Of a stretch of DNA of 64,000 bases, positions 1 through 11,611 are shown one piece after another (within the stretch, counting starts at the first letter, position 1; each line of letters opens with the position of its first letter). Origin of the DNA: Thermodesulfobacteriota bacterium (GTDB lineage Bacteria > Desulfobacterota_D > UBA1144 > Nemesobacterales > Mycalebacteriaceae). The translations under genes were made by a program, and so were the position numbers. The notes below the pieces were generated by a model. That model was not told the DNA's origin. It searched no databases and saw nothing but the letters and a program-made list of their open reading frames with translations. The stretch spans positions 288,001 to 352,000 of the forward strand of contig OZ242184.1 in the NCBI GenBank assembly GCA_965205855.1, in the 5' to 3' direction.

Positions 1-2482
1 CAAAACTTCCTCCCAGAATCGAGGTGTTCCGCCTTGTTCGTACCGTTCCTTTGTGTTTTGAAAACTCCGCCGGCTCATAAACCGGAATTTTTATCTCGTA
101 ATTTGAAGAAAAACCTATCTCAAAATCGTTCGCTATAAGTTCAAATTCCGCATACGAGTTTTCTTTTCCGTCCTCCTCCGGGTCGTCTTCAATGCGGAAT
201 TTCATAACCACATCCCTCGCTTCCCCCGCCGCCATTTCACCCGCTTCCTCTATGGCTTTTTCGAGAAAAAGGTTCTTCCCCGACTTGTTTTTCAGATAAA
301 AGCCAATTTCCTCCGCTTTGCCCTTTCCTGTGTTTTGAATTCTGAAAAGCAAAGCCACGGTTTCGTCTTTTGTGATTCTTCCATCCCCGTTTCCTTTTGA
401 GCCGAAACGCCCGTCATCCACTATTTCATAGTTGTAGCTTATCGCGGGGCGATTTCTTCTTTCCGTGCCGACCATGAAGGTTTTTGACATGATCTCTTCG
501 CCGGTTGAGTCAAAAAAACGGATAACGCACTCATCGTTGCGCGTCTGCGCCCATTTAGGGATTTTTAGTTTCGTCCCCCATTTTGCCTTTTTGCCCGGAG
601 CGATTTTTCCGAAGATAAACTCTCTGCCGTCCAGAAGGGGATTTTCCGAGTTTGTAACGGCGGTAAGTTTGTAAACGGGAGCGTCACCGACATTCTCAAC
701 CTCAACCCTGATTTCCGCTTTCTCTCCCGCCTTAAAAACCCCGCCGTCCGGTTTGATTTTCGCCTCTATCACGGGTTTTCCGTCCTCCGGCTTCACGCTG
801 TCAGACCAGTCCACCTTGAATTTTCGGAGTTTTTTGCTTATGCGCCCATTTTCCTCGTCTCCTATCTCTGCTATAATGCCGCCTGCGGTCTCAAGCATCT
901 GGCTTCTGTCGCTGTAGGCTCCTTCCGACCCGGTGATTATGCGCCGCGCGGCTTTGATGAGAGGGTCTTTTTCTCTCTTTTCCTTTTTTTCGCGCTCGCT
1001 CAGGGTTTTGGGTATTTCATCTTCCTCATCGTCTTTTTTGGTGAGTGATTCGTTCAGAATTTTGAATGCGTATGAAGGGTTTTCCGGTTCGCGCGTGTCC
1101 TCGTCGTTATCGTCCGCTTCTTTTTCCTTACGGTATTTTTCAAGTAAAAATGCGAACTCCGAGGTTTTGTATATGGATTTGTCTTTGGAAAAATCAACCT
1201 CTTCAATGAAGATGTCCGGAGTTATGCCGATGTTGTGTATGGATATGCCTCCCGGTATCAGATAGTTGGCTATGGTGAGTTTAAAGGCAGAACCGTTGTC
1301 GAGTTCAAAAATGTCCTGTATGGAGCCCTTGCCGAAAGTTTTTGTTCCCATTATGAGTGCCCTGTCATTTTCCTTCAGTGCTCCGGTTACGATTTCCGAA
1401 GCGCTTGCCGAGCCGGAGTTGACAAGCACAACGGTTTTTTCCCGCAGCTCAAGCCGGCTTTGTCCTGATGCGGGACGCGGATTCACATTCTCTCCGCTTT
1501 TGAAGCTGAAAACGGTTCCGTGCTTCAAAAACAAGTCGGATATCTTCGCCGCCTGACGCAGAAGCCCTCCGGGGTTGTCCCTGAGATCAAGGATTATTCC
1601 CGCGAGCCGCCTTTGCTCTTTCCTTTTGACAAGCGCCTCAACGATGCTGTCGGTCGTGTTTCTCTGAAAGTTCTTGATCTTTATGTAGAGAATACCGTCA
1701 TTGAAAAAATGGTCTTCAACGCTCTCCACTTTGATTACATCCCTCACTATCGTCAGCAGTTTCGGTTTTTCCATTGAGTCTCTGAGTATTCGTATGGTTA
1801 CGGGCTCTCCTTTCGGACCCCTGAGCCTGTTCACCGCCTCAATTATTGACATATTCACCGTGGACTCATTTTCTATCTGGACGATTTTGTCTCCGGATTT
1901 CATTCCCGCCCTATATGCGGGAGTGTCTTCAATCGGGGATATAACCGTTATCCACCCCTTGTGCGTGCTGATAACTATTCCAAGACCCGTAAAACTGCCT
2001 TCAGTTTCCACGATGAACTCTTTGTATTCCCGTGGGGTAATGACGCGTGAATGCCTGTCCATCTTTGACAGCATTCCATTTGCCAGCGCGTATTCAATTT
2101 TTCCGTCTTTTTTATCATCCTTGTCGGCGCGGGAGTACACAAAAGCGAACACTTTTCCTGATATTTTTTTCAGATCCTCCCATGTTTTAAGCCGTGTGAA
2201 CCGGAAACTTTTTCTCTTTTCCCCGACCACTATGTCAAAGTTTTTTTCCTTTTCGCGCCAGTCAACAAGAACCTTGTCCAGTTTAATTTCCAGATTATTG
2301 ACCCCTTTCTTGAGCATCTTCTGAAAATCAACCGCGCTTTTGCGCACAAACTTCTCGCTCGCTATGTCAAGGGATTTTTCCATAACCTCCGGAGAGGGTT
2401 GCTGCGCGGTTGCGGCAAACGCAACAAACGCGGCGCACAACAGCGCGACGTGGATCACGATATGTTCTCTTAATTTTTTCAA
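1..2482 (-). CDS. Carboxyl-terminal processing protease, S41 family with PDZ domain (runs off the window start)
   Basis: Manual minus-strand translation: signal peptide, PDZ segment GSFTGLGIVI...SPIEDTPAYRAG, DLRDNPGGLL, SGSASASEIVTGA, GTKTFGKGS; TTG start with GGAG upstream. Missing from the ORF track because it has no stop in the window. Confidence 0.88.
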   Translation of the reverse strand, partial: MKKLREHIVIHVALLCAAFVAFAATAQQPSPEVMEKSLDIASEKFVRKSAVDFQKMLKKGVNNLEIKLDKVLVDWREKEKNFDIVVGEKRKSFRFTRLKTWEDLKKISGKVFAFVYSRADKDDKKDGKIEYALANGMLSKMDRHSRVITPREYKEFIVETEGSFTGLGIVISTHKGWITVISPIEDTPAYRAGMKSGDKIVQIENESTVNMSIIEAVNRLRGPKGEPVTIRILRDSMEKPKLLTIVRDVIKVESVEDHFFNDGILYIKIKNFQRNTTDSIVEALVKRKEQRRLAGIILDLRDNPGGLLRQAAKISDLFLKHGTVFSFKSGENVNPRPASGQSRLELREKTVVLVNSGSASASEIVTGALKENDRALIMGTKTFGKGSIQDIFELDNGSAFKLTIANYLIPGGISIHNIGITPDIFIEEVDFSKDKSIYKTSEFAFLLEKYRKEKEADDNDEDTREPENPSYAFKILNESLTKKDDEEDEIPKTLSEREKKEKREKDPLIKAARRIITGSEGAYSDRSQMLETAGGIIAEIGDEENGRISKKLRKFKVDWSDSVKPEDGKPVIEAKIKPDGGVFKAGEKAEIRVEVENVGDAPVYKLTAVTNSENPLLDGREFIFGKIAPGKKAKWGTKLKIPKWAQTRNDECVIRFFDSTGEEIMSKTFMVGTERRNRPAISYNYEIVDDGRFGSKGNGDGRITKDETVALLFRIQNTGKGKAEEIGFYLKNKSGKNLFLEKAIEEAGEMAAGEARDVVMKFRIEDDPEEDGKENSYAEFELIANDFEIGFSSNYEIKIPVYEPAEFSKHKGTVRTRRNTSILGGSF

Positions 2483-2555
2483 GAGCAGTCTCCGTATATT
2501 AAAGGATGTGTATAGTATCACAGTCCTTTTTTGTATCTATAGAATACGGTTTCAG

Positions 2556-3734
2556 ATGGAGGTTCTTATTCACTACGGGGATTTGTCGCTCAAGGGGAAA
2601 AACCGAAGCGACTTTGTAAACGTTCTGGCACGCAACATAGAGCGCGCCGCCGGCGGACGTTGCAGCGCGCGGAGAAATCTGATGATTATGCGCGGAGGAG
2701 ATGCCGTGAAACTGAAAACGGTTTTCGGGATTGCATGGTACGCACCGTGCGTAAATTGCCCAAAAAACATGGCGGACATCATTGAACTCGTCTTGCGCGA
2801 GATTGGCGCGAGAATTTCCCGCGGCGGCGGGGATGCGAAAACCTTCGCCGTTTTTACAAAACGTTCGGACAAAAGGTTTCCCGTTAAATCATCCGAAATA
2901 TCTTCCGCGGTCGGCTCCGAGGTTTGCGCGCGCTTCGGAATGAAGGTGAACATTTCCGCTCCCGACCTGCCAGTGTATATTGAGATTACCGATAGCGTGG
3001 CGTATGTGCATTTTGAGAAAAACCCCGGGCCCGGAGGGCTTCCGGTCGGGGCTTCCGCGCCTCTTCTGTGTCTTCTCTCAGGCGGCATAGACTCTCCCGT
3101 CGCGGCTATTTGCGCGATGAAACGCGGATGTGAGGTTGATTTTCTCCATTTTCATGTTTTTCCCGATTCCTCTCTGGTACGGGAAACCAAAATGCCGGAA
3201 CTTGTTGACTCCATCGCCCGCTATAATGCGGGCTCAAGGATGTTTCTCGCCTCATACAAGTTTTTCCAGAGGAAGGCGCTTGGGGTTTTTCCCGCAAGGG
3301 GCATATTTAGGGGATACGAGCTTGTTCTTTTCAGAAGGTTTATGCTCAGAGTCGCGCAATCCCTTGCCGCCTCTCGCGGATACAAAGGTGTTGTCACCGG
3401 CGACTGTATCGGGCAGGTTGCCTCACAGACCGTTGAGAATCTTGCCGCCTCCCGTGGAGGTCTGGACTGTCTTGTCGTCAGCCCGCTGCTTGGCTGGGAC
3501 AAAAAAGACATAGTTGAAAAAGCGCGCCGGAGCGGAACATACGAGCACAGCATTAAGCCCTACAACGAGTGTTGTTCAATTGTTTCCCCGTTTCCGCGCA
3601 CAAAATGCTGTGTTGAGACCGTCCGGCGTCTTGAAGATCTCGTTTCAATTGATGAAGTTGTTGAAGAGACGATGGGAGGCATTGAGCTGTTCAACCCGAA
3701 CTCCGAGAAGGGGGGAATAAATGAAACCGGTTAG
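2556..3734 (+). CDS. thiI: tRNA 4-thiouridine synthase ThiI (THUMP + PP-loop, no rhodanese domain)
   Basis: HYGDLSLKGKNR N-terminus, GPGGLPVG, LLSGGIDSPVA, GQVASQT; ATG 2556 preferred over the track start at 2340. Confidence 0.93.
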   Translation: MEVLIHYGDLSLKGKNRSDFVNVLARNIERAAGGRCSARRNLMIMRGGDAVKLKTVFGIAWYAPCVNCPKNMADIIELVLREIGARISRGGGDAKTFAVFTKRSDKRFPVKSSEISSAVGSEVCARFGMKVNISAPDLPVYIEITDSVAYVHFEKNPGPGGLPVGASAPLLCLLSGGIDSPVAAICAMKRGCEVDFLHFHVFPDSSLVRETKMPELVDSIARYNAGSRMFLASYKFFQRKALGVFPARGIFRGYELVLFRRFMLRVAQSLAASRGYKGVVTGDCIGQVASQTVENLAASRGGLDCLVVSPLLGWDKKDIVEKARRSGTYEHSIKPYNECCSIVSPFPRTKCCVETVRRLEDLVSIDEVVEETMGGIELFNPNSEKGGINETG

Positions 3735-5436
3735 AGTGGCGCTCTGCCAGATGGATTGCTGGGTTGGCGGCATAGCGCGAAACGTATCCGTAATCAAGCG
3801 CCGTATGGACACGGCCCTTGCCAAAGGCGCGGACATAGTCTGCTTTCCCGAACTCGCGGTGTGTGGATATCCGCCCGAAGACCTTTTGCTAAAGCCGGGA
3901 TTCATAGACAGAAACATAGAAGGTCTTCTTGAGATAAAAAAACACTCCCGCTCTCTGACCGTGATAGCCGGTTTTGTCGAGCGTGGTAGCGGGGGAAAAA
4001 CACATTCCGTCCACAACGCCGCTGCGGTCGTCTCGGGAGGCAGAGTGGTGGGAATTCACAGAAAAAACCTGCTTCCGGACTACGGGGTTTTTGACGAAAG
4101 TCGCTATTTCAAGCCCGGGCAAAATACGCCTTTATTTGCCGCGGGCGATTTTAAAATAGGAGTCAATATCTGCGAAGACATCTGGTTTACAGACGGTCCC
4201 GTGGCAGAACAGGCCAAGTACGGCGCCGATTTGATTGTCAATATCTCCGCTTCCCCGTATGCGGTGGAAAAACCCGCGGCGAGGGAGAAAATGATTTCGA
4301 AAAGGGCAAAAAACGCGGGCGCCGCGCTAGCTTTCTGCAACATGGTGGGAGCGCAGGATGAGCTTGTTTTTGATGGGCACAGCGCGTTTTTTGACAAAAA
4401 CGGAACGGTAACTGCAAGGGCGCGGGGTTTTCGCGAAGATATGATTTTTGCCGATTTTTCCGCAAAACCGTCTCGTGCGGCAAAGCCGTCCGCGCGTGCG
4501 GACGAGTATAAAATCAAACCTCCCGGACGGAAGAAAAAACCCCTTTTGCGCCTTGCAATGGCGGGATTCGCGCGCGAAAGAGAGGAGGAAATTTTTTCCG
4601 CGCTGATTGCGGGTACGCGCGGCTATACGCGCAAAAACAGTTTCAAATCCGCAGTTGTGGGACTGTCCGGTGGCATAGATTCCGCGCTTGTCGCCGCGTG
4701 CGCGGTTGAGGCTCTCGGTGCGCGAAATGTGGTCGCGGTCAATATGCCTTCCACGGTAAGCTCAAAAGAAGGAATACGGGATTCCGAACTTATTGCACGG
4801 AACCTGAAAATCGGATTCCGCTCGGTTCCGATAGACAAAATTGTCTCTTCATACGCCAAAAGCGTGCCTGAGCCGTTCAAACTTAAACGGAACGAAACAT
4901 CCAGCATCGCTCTTGAAAACATACAGGCGCGAATAAGGGGCAACATACTTATGGCTTTTTCCAACCGCTTCGGATGGCTTGTGCTGACAACCGGCAACAA
5001 AAGCGAAACAAGCGTCGGGTATTCCACTCTCTACGGAGATAGCGCTGGAGGTTTTGCCGTTATCAAGGATGTGGAAAAGACTCTTGTCTACAAACTCGCT
5101 CTTTACTACAATCGCCTCAGGGGTTTTGATGCCATTCCGAAATCGGTTATTGAGCGAAGCCCGTCCGCCGAGCTCAGAAAGGGGCAGGACGACTCCGATG
5201 AACTTCCCCCGTATGATGTTCTTGACGGGATACTCAAACACTATGTTGAGCATGACCGTAGCCTCGCCGAGACTGTTGCCCTTTCCGGGGTGGGCGTGAA
5301 AACTGTTCGCAAGGTTGTTGATATGGTGGACCGGAGCGAATACAAAAGAAGACAGAGCCCTCCGGGAATCAAACTGACAGACAAAGCGTTCGGTAAAGAC
5401 CGCCGTATGCCGATTACCAACTTCTACCGCAATTAA
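3721..5436 (+). CDS. nadE: Glutamine-dependent NAD+ synthetase
   Basis: Nitrilase domain (FPELAVCGYPPEDL, ICEDIW) plus GLSGGIDS, NIQARIRG, GNKSE, PSAELR, EYKRRQSPPG. Confidence 0.97.
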   Translation: MKPVRVALCQMDCWVGGIARNVSVIKRRMDTALAKGADIVCFPELAVCGYPPEDLLLKPGFIDRNIEGLLEIKKHSRSLTVIAGFVERGSGGKTHSVHNAAAVVSGGRVVGIHRKNLLPDYGVFDESRYFKPGQNTPLFAAGDFKIGVNICEDIWFTDGPVAEQAKYGADLIVNISASPYAVEKPAAREKMISKRAKNAGAALAFCNMVGAQDELVFDGHSAFFDKNGTVTARARGFREDMIFADFSAKPSRAAKPSARADEYKIKPPGRKKKPLLRLAMAGFAREREEEIFSALIAGTRGYTRKNSFKSAVVGLSGGIDSALVAACAVEALGARNVVAVNMPSTVSSKEGIRDSELIARNLKIGFRSVPIDKIVSSYAKSVPEPFKLKRNETSSIALENIQARIRGNILMAFSNRFGWLVLTTGNKSETSVGYSTLYGDSAGGFAVIKDVEKTLVYKLALYYNRLRGFDAIPKSVIERSPSAELRKGQDDSDELPPYDVLDGILKHYVEHDRSLAETVALSGVGVKTVRKVVDMVDRSEYKRRQSPPGIKLTDKAFGKDRRMPITNFYRN

Positions 5437-5458
5437 CCTGTTGCGAAAGGTCTCCTTT

Positions 5459-5514
5459 TTGAAACAGAGCGGCTTTTCCGTTATCTTAAATTCCCTTTTC
5501 AATGCGTGAAAAGG
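5459..5514 (+). promoter_or_regulatory. Putative sigma70 promoter of gltBD followed by a palindrome
   Basis: TTGAAA(5459)-17 bp-TATCTT(5482); perfect inverted repeat CCTTTTCA-ATGCG-TGAAAAGG at 5494-5514. Confidence 0.45.
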
Positions 5515-5535
5515 CATGAAAAAAGATTTTTTGTA

Positions 5536-8500
5536 ATGAGTTTCACTTACGCAAAGCAAGGTCTTTATGACCCTTCTCTTGAGCATGATTCATGCGGAGT
5601 CGGATTTGTTGTCAACATAAAAGGTGCAAAATCGCGCTCCATTGTAGAAAACGCGCTCACGGTTCTGGCCAACCTTGAGCACAGGGGAGCGTGTGGATGC
5701 GACCCTGACACTGGAGACGGCGCGGGGATACTGTTTCAGATGCCACACGGTTTTTTCAGCGCCATTTGCGCTGAAACCGGCGTTTCTCTTCCCAATGCCG
5801 AAGACTATGGCGTATGCGTGATGTTCGCGCCGCCAGACGAGAAGGAGCGCACGGTGGTTTTGTCCCAGTTCCGGGCAATAGTTGAGAGCGAAGGACTCAG
5901 AATGTTGCATACGCGCGATGTGCCGACCGATGACTCTTCTCTGGGCGGCGTTTCAAGGGCGAGCTCGCCGTCTGTTTGTCAAATTTTCATAGAACGCGGC
6001 GGTGTGGCGGAGGGGGAGTTTGAGCGCGCGCTGTTTGTTATAAGAAAGCGGGCGGAAAAAACCATCGACTCGGAGATTTTCCATATACCGAGCCTTTCAT
6101 CAAAGACAATTGTCTACAAAGGGATGCTCACGCCCGAACAGCTTCCGAACTACTATCCCGATTTGAAGGATCCGAGGATGGAAAGCGCGATAGCGCTTGT
6201 CCATTCCCGTTTCAGCACAAACACATCTCCGAGTTGGAGCAGGGCGCAACCATGCCGTTTGCTCATCCACAACGGAGAGATAAACACCCTTCGGGGAAAT
6301 ATAAACCGTATGTATTCAAGGCAACCGATGCTCGGACTCTCAAACGGGGCTTTCAGCTCCGAGCCGGAAAAAATCTTTCCCTTTATCGAGCCGGACGGAA
6401 GCGACAGTGCCGCTCTCGACAACAACCTTGAGCTTCTCACCCTTTGCGGTTTTTCAATAGAGCATGCGGTTATGATGACGGTTCCCGAGCCGTGGCAGAA
6501 GAATAAAAAAATGGATGAAGCCAAAAAGGCGTTCTACAGATACTACGGCTCTCTTATGGAGCCGTGGGACGGACCGACCTCGGTTTGCTTCACCGACGGC
6601 GAAAAGGTTGGCGCGGTGCTGGACAGAAACGGCCTCCGACCCAGCAGATACTATGTTACGGGCGACGACACGGTGATACTTTCCTCCGAGGTCGGGGTTC
6701 TTCCCGTCGCGCCAGCGAATGTGATTTCAAAAGGGAGACTTGAGCCGGGCAGAATGCTTCTTGTGGACACTCGCGCCGGACGGATAGTGCGCGATGAAGA
6801 GATTAAATCGGGTCTGGTAAACGCCGCTCCGTACGCTGAATGGACAGGCAAATATATGGTAAAGCTGTCCGATATTGAAGACTCTTTGGCGCGGGAGCCG
6901 CGTCTCACCCGTAAGGAGCTTATGACGCAGCAGAGGATTTTCGGATACACGTTTGAAGAGATAAGGTTGCTTCTTGAGCCGATGGCGAAAAATGGCGTTG
7001 AAGTCATTGGCGCTATGGGACGGGATGTGCCGCTCGCGGTTCTTTCTCTGGATCCGAAGCTGCTTTATAACTACTTCAACCAGCTGTTCGCTCAGATTAC
7101 AAATCCGGCGACCGACCCGATTAGGGAAGAGATAGTAACCGCCACAAACATCAACCTCGGAGTAACCGGAAACCTGTTCAATCCTCTCCCCGAAAGTTGC
7201 AGGGCCATACAGGCGGACAGTCCGCTTCTTTCGGACGGCGAAATAGCGAAACTCAAAACCGTCAAACAGGACGGTTTCAAATCCGCGGTTATTGAAAGTT
7301 TTTACAACCCCGAAGGCGGCGGGCAATCGCTTGAAGCCGCCCTTGAGGAGATGTTTTCAAAAGCCGATTCGGCCATAGCCGCCGGCGCCAACATTCTCAT
7401 AATTTCCGACCGCGGAGCGTGTGCGGGCAAATGCCCGGTTCCCGCGCTTCTTGCGTCAAGCGGCTTGCACCACCACCTTATACGCGCTGGTAGCAGGATG
7501 AAGACGAGTATAGTCGTTGAATCCGGAGAACCGCGCGAAGTGCACCATTTCGCGCTTCTTATCGGCTACGGCGCGGACGCCGTCAACCCTTACCTCGCAT
7601 TTGAGACCCTGAGGGGAATGTGCGAAGAGGGGTTGCTTGAGATTGATATTGAAACGGCTTTTTCCAATTACATTTCGGGCATTGTCAAAGGCGTCGTAAA
7701 GATCATGTCAAAAATGGGAATATCCACGATTCAGAGTTATCAGGGCTCGCAGGTTTTCGAAGCGCTGGGATTCTCTCAGCGGTTTGTGGAAAAGTATTTT
7801 ACCCACACCCAGTCCCGCATTGGCGGAATAGGCATTGATATTGTCGCCGAAGAAACGGCGCGCAGGTATTTCAAGGCGTTTGCGCAAAGGGGCGACAATA
7901 TCTGTGCGCTTGATGAGGGAGGCGTTTACCAGTGGCGGCGCGGCGGCGAGGCGCATATATACTCCCCGCAGACGGTTCACGCGCTTCAAAGGGCCTGCCG
8001 CACGGGAGATTATGTGCAGTTTGAAAAATTCTCCGCAAATGTGGGAAACGAAGAGCGCAAACGGTTCACCCTCAGGGGGATGCTTGACTTCAAATTCGCC
8101 AAAAAGCCGCTTTCTCCTGATGAAGTGGAATCCGAGGAGGAGATACTCAAACGGTTCAAAACCGGCGCGATGTCGTATGGAGCGATAAGCGCCGAGGCGC
8201 ATGAAAGCCTTGCAATTGCGATGAACAGGATAGGCGGCAAAAGCAATTCGGGCGAAGGAGGAGAGGACAGGAGCAGGTGGGTTCCCGATGAAAACGGGGA
8301 TTTGAGAAGAAGTGCTATAAAACAGGTCGCATCCGGTAGGTTCGGGGTTACCGGAGAGTATCTCGCCAATTCCGATGAGATACAGATAAAGATAGCGCAG
8401 GGCGCGAAACCCGGAGAGGGCGGGCAGCTTCCCGGCAGAAAGGTGTATCCGTGGATAGCCAAAGTCCGGCTTTCCACCCCCGGAGTGGGCCTTATCTCTC

Positions 8501-10110
8501 CGCCGCCACACCATGATATCTACTCCATTGAAGACATAGCGCAGTTGATATACGACCTTAAAAATTCCAATCCCGGCGCGAGGATAAACACAAAACTTGT
8601 TTCCGAATCCGGTGTCGGAACAATCGCCGCGGGAGTGGCAAAGGCACATTCCGATGTGATTCTTATCAGCGGAAACGACGGTGGAACCGGTGCCTCTCCG
8701 CAAAGCAGTATCCACTACGCCGGTTTGCCGTGGGAGCTTGGAATAAGCGAGGTTCATCAGACCCTTTTGCTGAACGACCTCAGGAGCCGCGTTGTTCTTG
8801 AGACGGACGGGCATATGAAAACGGGCAGGGATGTTGTAATCGCGGCGCTTCTCGGAGCCGAGGAATACGGATTTTCAACTGCTCCTCTCATAGGGCTCGG
8901 TTGCATAATGATGAGGGTTTGCCATCTGGACACCTGTCCGGTCGGAGTTGCTACACAGAATCCCGAATTGCGCGCGAAGTTCACCGGAGACCCGGCTCAT
9001 GTGGTCAATTTTATGCGTTTTGTCGCCCGTGAGACGCGCGCGCTTATGGCGGAGCTCGGTTTCCGCACCATGAATGAGATGGTGGGAAGAACGGACAAGT
9101 TGAAATTTATCAAACCCGAAGGGCACTGGAAGGCGAAGGGATTGAATCTGGATGCCATTCTGCACTCGCCCGATGTTCCGAAACGTTACGGGACTTATTG
9201 CTCAACGGAGCAGAGCCACGGAATTGAGAAATCTCTGGATATGACAAAATTGCTTCCCCCGTGCGCGCCGGCGATAGAAAATCTCGAAAAGGTTGAAGTG
9301 GAGACGGAGATAAGAAACACAGACCGCACGGTCGGTACGATAGTGGGCAGCAGAATATCATCAAAATACGGCTCATCGGCTCTTGAGAACGACACAATCA
9401 CACTCCGCTTCAAAGGCTCTGCGGGACAGAGTTTCGGGGCTTTTGTTCCCAAGGGAATGACGATGTTCCTTGAGGGTGACTCAAACGATTATTTCGGAAA
9501 AGGGCTTTCGGGTGGAAAGATGGCGGTGTTTCCGCCGAAGGAGTCAAACTTTGCCGCCGAAAAAAATGTCATAATCGGCAATGTCGCCTTATACGGAGCG
9601 ACTTCTGGCGAGGCATACATACGCGGAATCGCGGGAGAGAGGTTTTGCGTAAGAAACAGCGGAGTGAGTGCCGTTGTTGAAGGCGTGGGGGACCACGGTT
9701 GCGAATATATGACCGGCGGGCGCGTTGTGGTTATCGGCAAAACCGGTGTGAATTTCGCCGCGGGTATGTCGGGCGGGATAGCGTATGTCTTTGATGCGGA
9801 AGGGAATTTTGCGGATGAAAACTGCAACGGACGGGGCGTGTCGCTATCTGCTCCCGAAGACGGCGATGAAACCGAGCTCAAAGCCATGATTATGCGCCAT
9901 TTTCAATACACCGGTAGCACGGTTGCGGAAGATATTTTGAACGGCTGGAAGGGCAGTTTGCGCAAATTTGTCAAGGTGATGCCCGATGATTACAAAAGAA
10001 TGCTAGATGCCATAAGTGGGGTTGAGAAGAGGGGAATCAGCGGAGACGAGGCGCTTATGGTGGCTTTTGAGGAAAACATGTCGGACGCTTCGCGCGTAAC
10101 TGGCAATTAG
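5536..10110 (+). CDS. gltB: Glutamate synthase large subunit
   Basis: HDSCGVGF Ntn cysteine, [54 protein letters not shown]-terminal domain. Confidence 0.98.
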   Translation: MSFTYAKQGLYDPSLEHDSCGVGFVVNIKGAKSRSIVENALTVLANLEHRGACGCDPDTGDGAGILFQMPHGFFSAICAETGVSLPNAEDYGVCVMFAPPDEKERTVVLSQFRAIVESEGLRMLHTRDVPTDDSSLGGVSRASSPSVCQIFIERGGVAEGEFERALFVIRKRAEKTIDSEIFHIPSLSSKTIVYKGMLTPEQLPNYYPDLKDPRMESAIALVHSRFSTNTSPSWSRAQPCRLLIHNGEINTLRGNINRMYSRQPMLGLSNGAFSSEPEKIFPFIEPDGSDSAALDNNLELLTLCGFSIEHAVMMTVPEPWQKNKKMDEAKKAFYRYYGSLMEPWDGPTSVCFTDGEKVGAVLDRNGLRPSRYYVTGDDTVILSSEVGVLPVAPANVISKGRLEPGRMLLVDTRAGRIVRDEEIKSGLVNAAPYAEWTGKYMVKLSDIEDSLAREPRLTRKELMTQQRIFGYTFEEIRLLLEPMAKNGVEVIGAMGRDVPLAVLSLDPKLLYNYFNQLFAQITNPATDPIREEIVTATNINLGVTGNLFNPLPESCRAIQADSPLLSDGEIAKLKTVKQDGFKSAVIESFYNPEGGGQSLEAALEEMFSKADSAIAAGANILIISDRGACAGKCPVPALLASSGLHHHLIRAGSRMKTSIVVESGEPREVHHFALLIGYGADAVNPYLAFETLRGMCEEGLLEIDIETAFSNYISGIVKGVVKIMSKMGISTIQSYQGSQVFEALGFSQRFVEKYFTHTQSRIGGIGIDIVAEETARRYFKAFAQRGDNICALDEGGVYQWRRGGEAHIYSPQTVHALQRACRTGDYVQFEKFSANVGNEERKRFTLRGMLDFKFAKKPLSPDEVESEEEILKRFKTGAMSYGAISAEAHESLAIAMNRIGGKSNSGEGGEDRSRWVPDENGDLRRSAIKQVASGRFGVTGEYLANSDEIQIKIAQGAKPGEGGQLPGRKVYPWIAKVRLSTPGVGLISPPPHHDIYSIEDIAQLIYDLKNSNPGARINTKLVSESGVGTIAAGVAKAHSDVILISGNDGGTGASPQSSIHYAGLPWELGISEVHQTLLLNDLRSRVVLETDGHMKTGRDVVIAALLGAEEYGFSTAPLIGLGCIMMRVCHLDTCPVGVATQNPELRAKFTGDPAHVVNFMRFVARETRALMAELGFRTMNEMVGRTDKLKFIKPEGHWKAKGLNLDAILHSPDVPKRYGTYCSTEQSHGIEKSLDMTKLLPPCAPAIENLEKVEVETEIRNTDRTVGTIVGSRISSKYGSSALENDTITLRFKGSAGQSFGAFVPKGMTMFLEGDSNDYFGKGLSGGKMAVFPPKESNFAAEKNVIIGNVALYGATSGEAYIRGIAGERFCVRNSGVSAVVEGVGDHGCEYMTGGRVVVIGKTGVNFAAGMSGGIAYVFDAEGNFADENCNGRGVSLSAPEDGDETELKAMIMRHFQYTGSTVAEDILNGWKGSLRKFVKVMPDDYKRMLDAISGVEKRGISGDEALMVAFEENMSDASRVTGN

Positions 10111-10124
10111 AAAACGGAGACTAT

Positions 10125-11609
10125 ATGGGAAATCCCGCAGGTTTTATGCGCTACGGAAGGCGGCTCGCCAAAGACCGTTTACCGGCAAAGAGAATTGCCG
10201 ACTGGAACGAGTTTCACGGCCATACTTCTGATAAAAATCTCGGCGTTCAGGGGGAGAGGTGCATGGATTGTGGGGTTCCGTTCTGCCAAACGGGAGACAT
10301 CCTTGCGGGTGCGGCAGTCGGATGTCCGGTTCAAAATCTCATTCCCGAATGGAACGATCTTGTCCACAAGGGGCGGTGGCGCGAAGCCCTGGAGCGGCTT
10401 CATAAGACGAACAATTTTCCCGAATTTACCGGGAGGGTCTGTCCCGCGCCGTGCGAAGGATCCTGCGTTCTCGGCATAAACGAGCCTCCGGTAACAATCA
10501 AGGCGATAGAGTATGCGATTGTGGAAAAAGGTTTTGAAGAGGGCTGGATAGTCCCAAATTCCCCAGCGAAAAGAACCGGAAAAAAAGTTGCCGTTGTCGG
10601 TTCCGGTCCCGCGGGGCTTGCATGCGCCGCGCAGTTGAACAAGGCGGGGCACAAGGTTGTTGTCTACGAGAGGGACGACCGTGTCGGCGGGCTTTTAATG
10701 TATGGAATTCCGAACCCGCATCTTGACAAAGAGGTTGTTGAAAGACGGGTGGATATTCTGAGAAAAGAGGGCGTTGAGTTTGTCGTAAACGCCGAGATAG
10801 GCAAAGACCTGCCCGCGGACGGGCTTGTTAACTCACATGACGCGGTTGTGCTTTGCTGCGGCGCGACAAATCCGCGTGACCTTGATGTTCCGGGCCGCGA
10901 CTGCGACGGGGTGTATTTCGCGATGGATTTTCTTCGGGAAAACACAAAACGGCTTCTGGACACGGGCTTTGAACAGACGGGAGGCATATCCGCCAAAGAC
11001 AAGGATGTTATCATTCTCGGTGGCGGGGACACCGGAACGGACTGTGTCGCGACCTCAATGAGGCAAAGGTGCAGGAGCATTCTCCAGTTTGAGATTCTTC
11101 CCAAGCCGCCCGGCGAACGCGCCCCGGACAACCCCTGGCCACAGTGGCCCAGAGTTTACAAACTGGATTACGGGCAGGAGGAAGCGATGGCGGCGTTTGG
11201 GGAAGACCCGCGTAAGTATCTTGTGCTTACAAAAAGCGTTGAGCGCGATGAAAAAGGCCGTGTGAAGGGGCTTAACACCGTGCGCATATCCTGGGAAAAG
11301 GACAAAAACGGCAATATGTCAATGGAGGAGCAGCCCGGTTCCGGGCAGTTCTGGAGCGCTCAGCTTGTTTTTCTCGCGCTCGGTTTTCTCGGTCCCGAAC
11401 AGCGCATCATAGACGGGCTTGGCCTTGAGCGGGACGCCCGTTCAAACATTAAAGCTCAATACGGGGATTACCGCACAAGCGTTGAAAAGGTGTTTGCCGC
11501 CGGAGACGCGAGACGGGGGCAGAGTCTTGTGGTCTGGGCAATCAACGAGGGACGGGAAGCCGCAAGGGAATGCGACCGCTACCTTATGGGCTCAACTGAG
11601 TTGCCTTGA
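10125..11609 (+). CDS. gltD: Glutamate synthase small subunit
   Basis: [51 protein letters not shown]; directly after gltB. Confidence 0.97.
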   Translation: MGNPAGFMRYGRRLAKDRLPAKRIADWNEFHGHTSDKNLGVQGERCMDCGVPFCQTGDILAGAAVGCPVQNLIPEWNDLVHKGRWREALERLHKTNNFPEFTGRVCPAPCEGSCVLGINEPPVTIKAIEYAIVEKGFEEGWIVPNSPAKRTGKKVAVVGSGPAGLACAAQLNKAGHKVVVYERDDRVGGLLMYGIPNPHLDKEVVERRVDILRKEGVEFVVNAEIGKDLPADGLVNSHDAVVLCCGATNPRDLDVPGRDCDGVYFAMDFLRENTKRLLDTGFEQTGGISAKDKDVIILGGGDTGTDCVATSMRQRCRSILQFEILPKPPGERAPDNPWPQWPRVYKLDYGQEEAMAAFGEDPRKYLVLTKSVERDEKGRVKGLNTVRISWEKDKNGNMSMEEQPGSGQFWSAQLVFLALGFLGPEQRIIDGLGLERDARSNIKAQYGDYRTSVEKVFAAGDARRGQSLVVWAINEGREAARECDRYLMGSTELP

Positions 11610-11611
11610 TT

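Noticed and set aside
465-2324. Plus-strand ORFs 465, 933, 1235, 1266, 1520 and 1701
   Set aside because: Antisense shadows of the minus-strand S41 protease; no motifs. The same applies to most short ORFs overlapping backbone genes.
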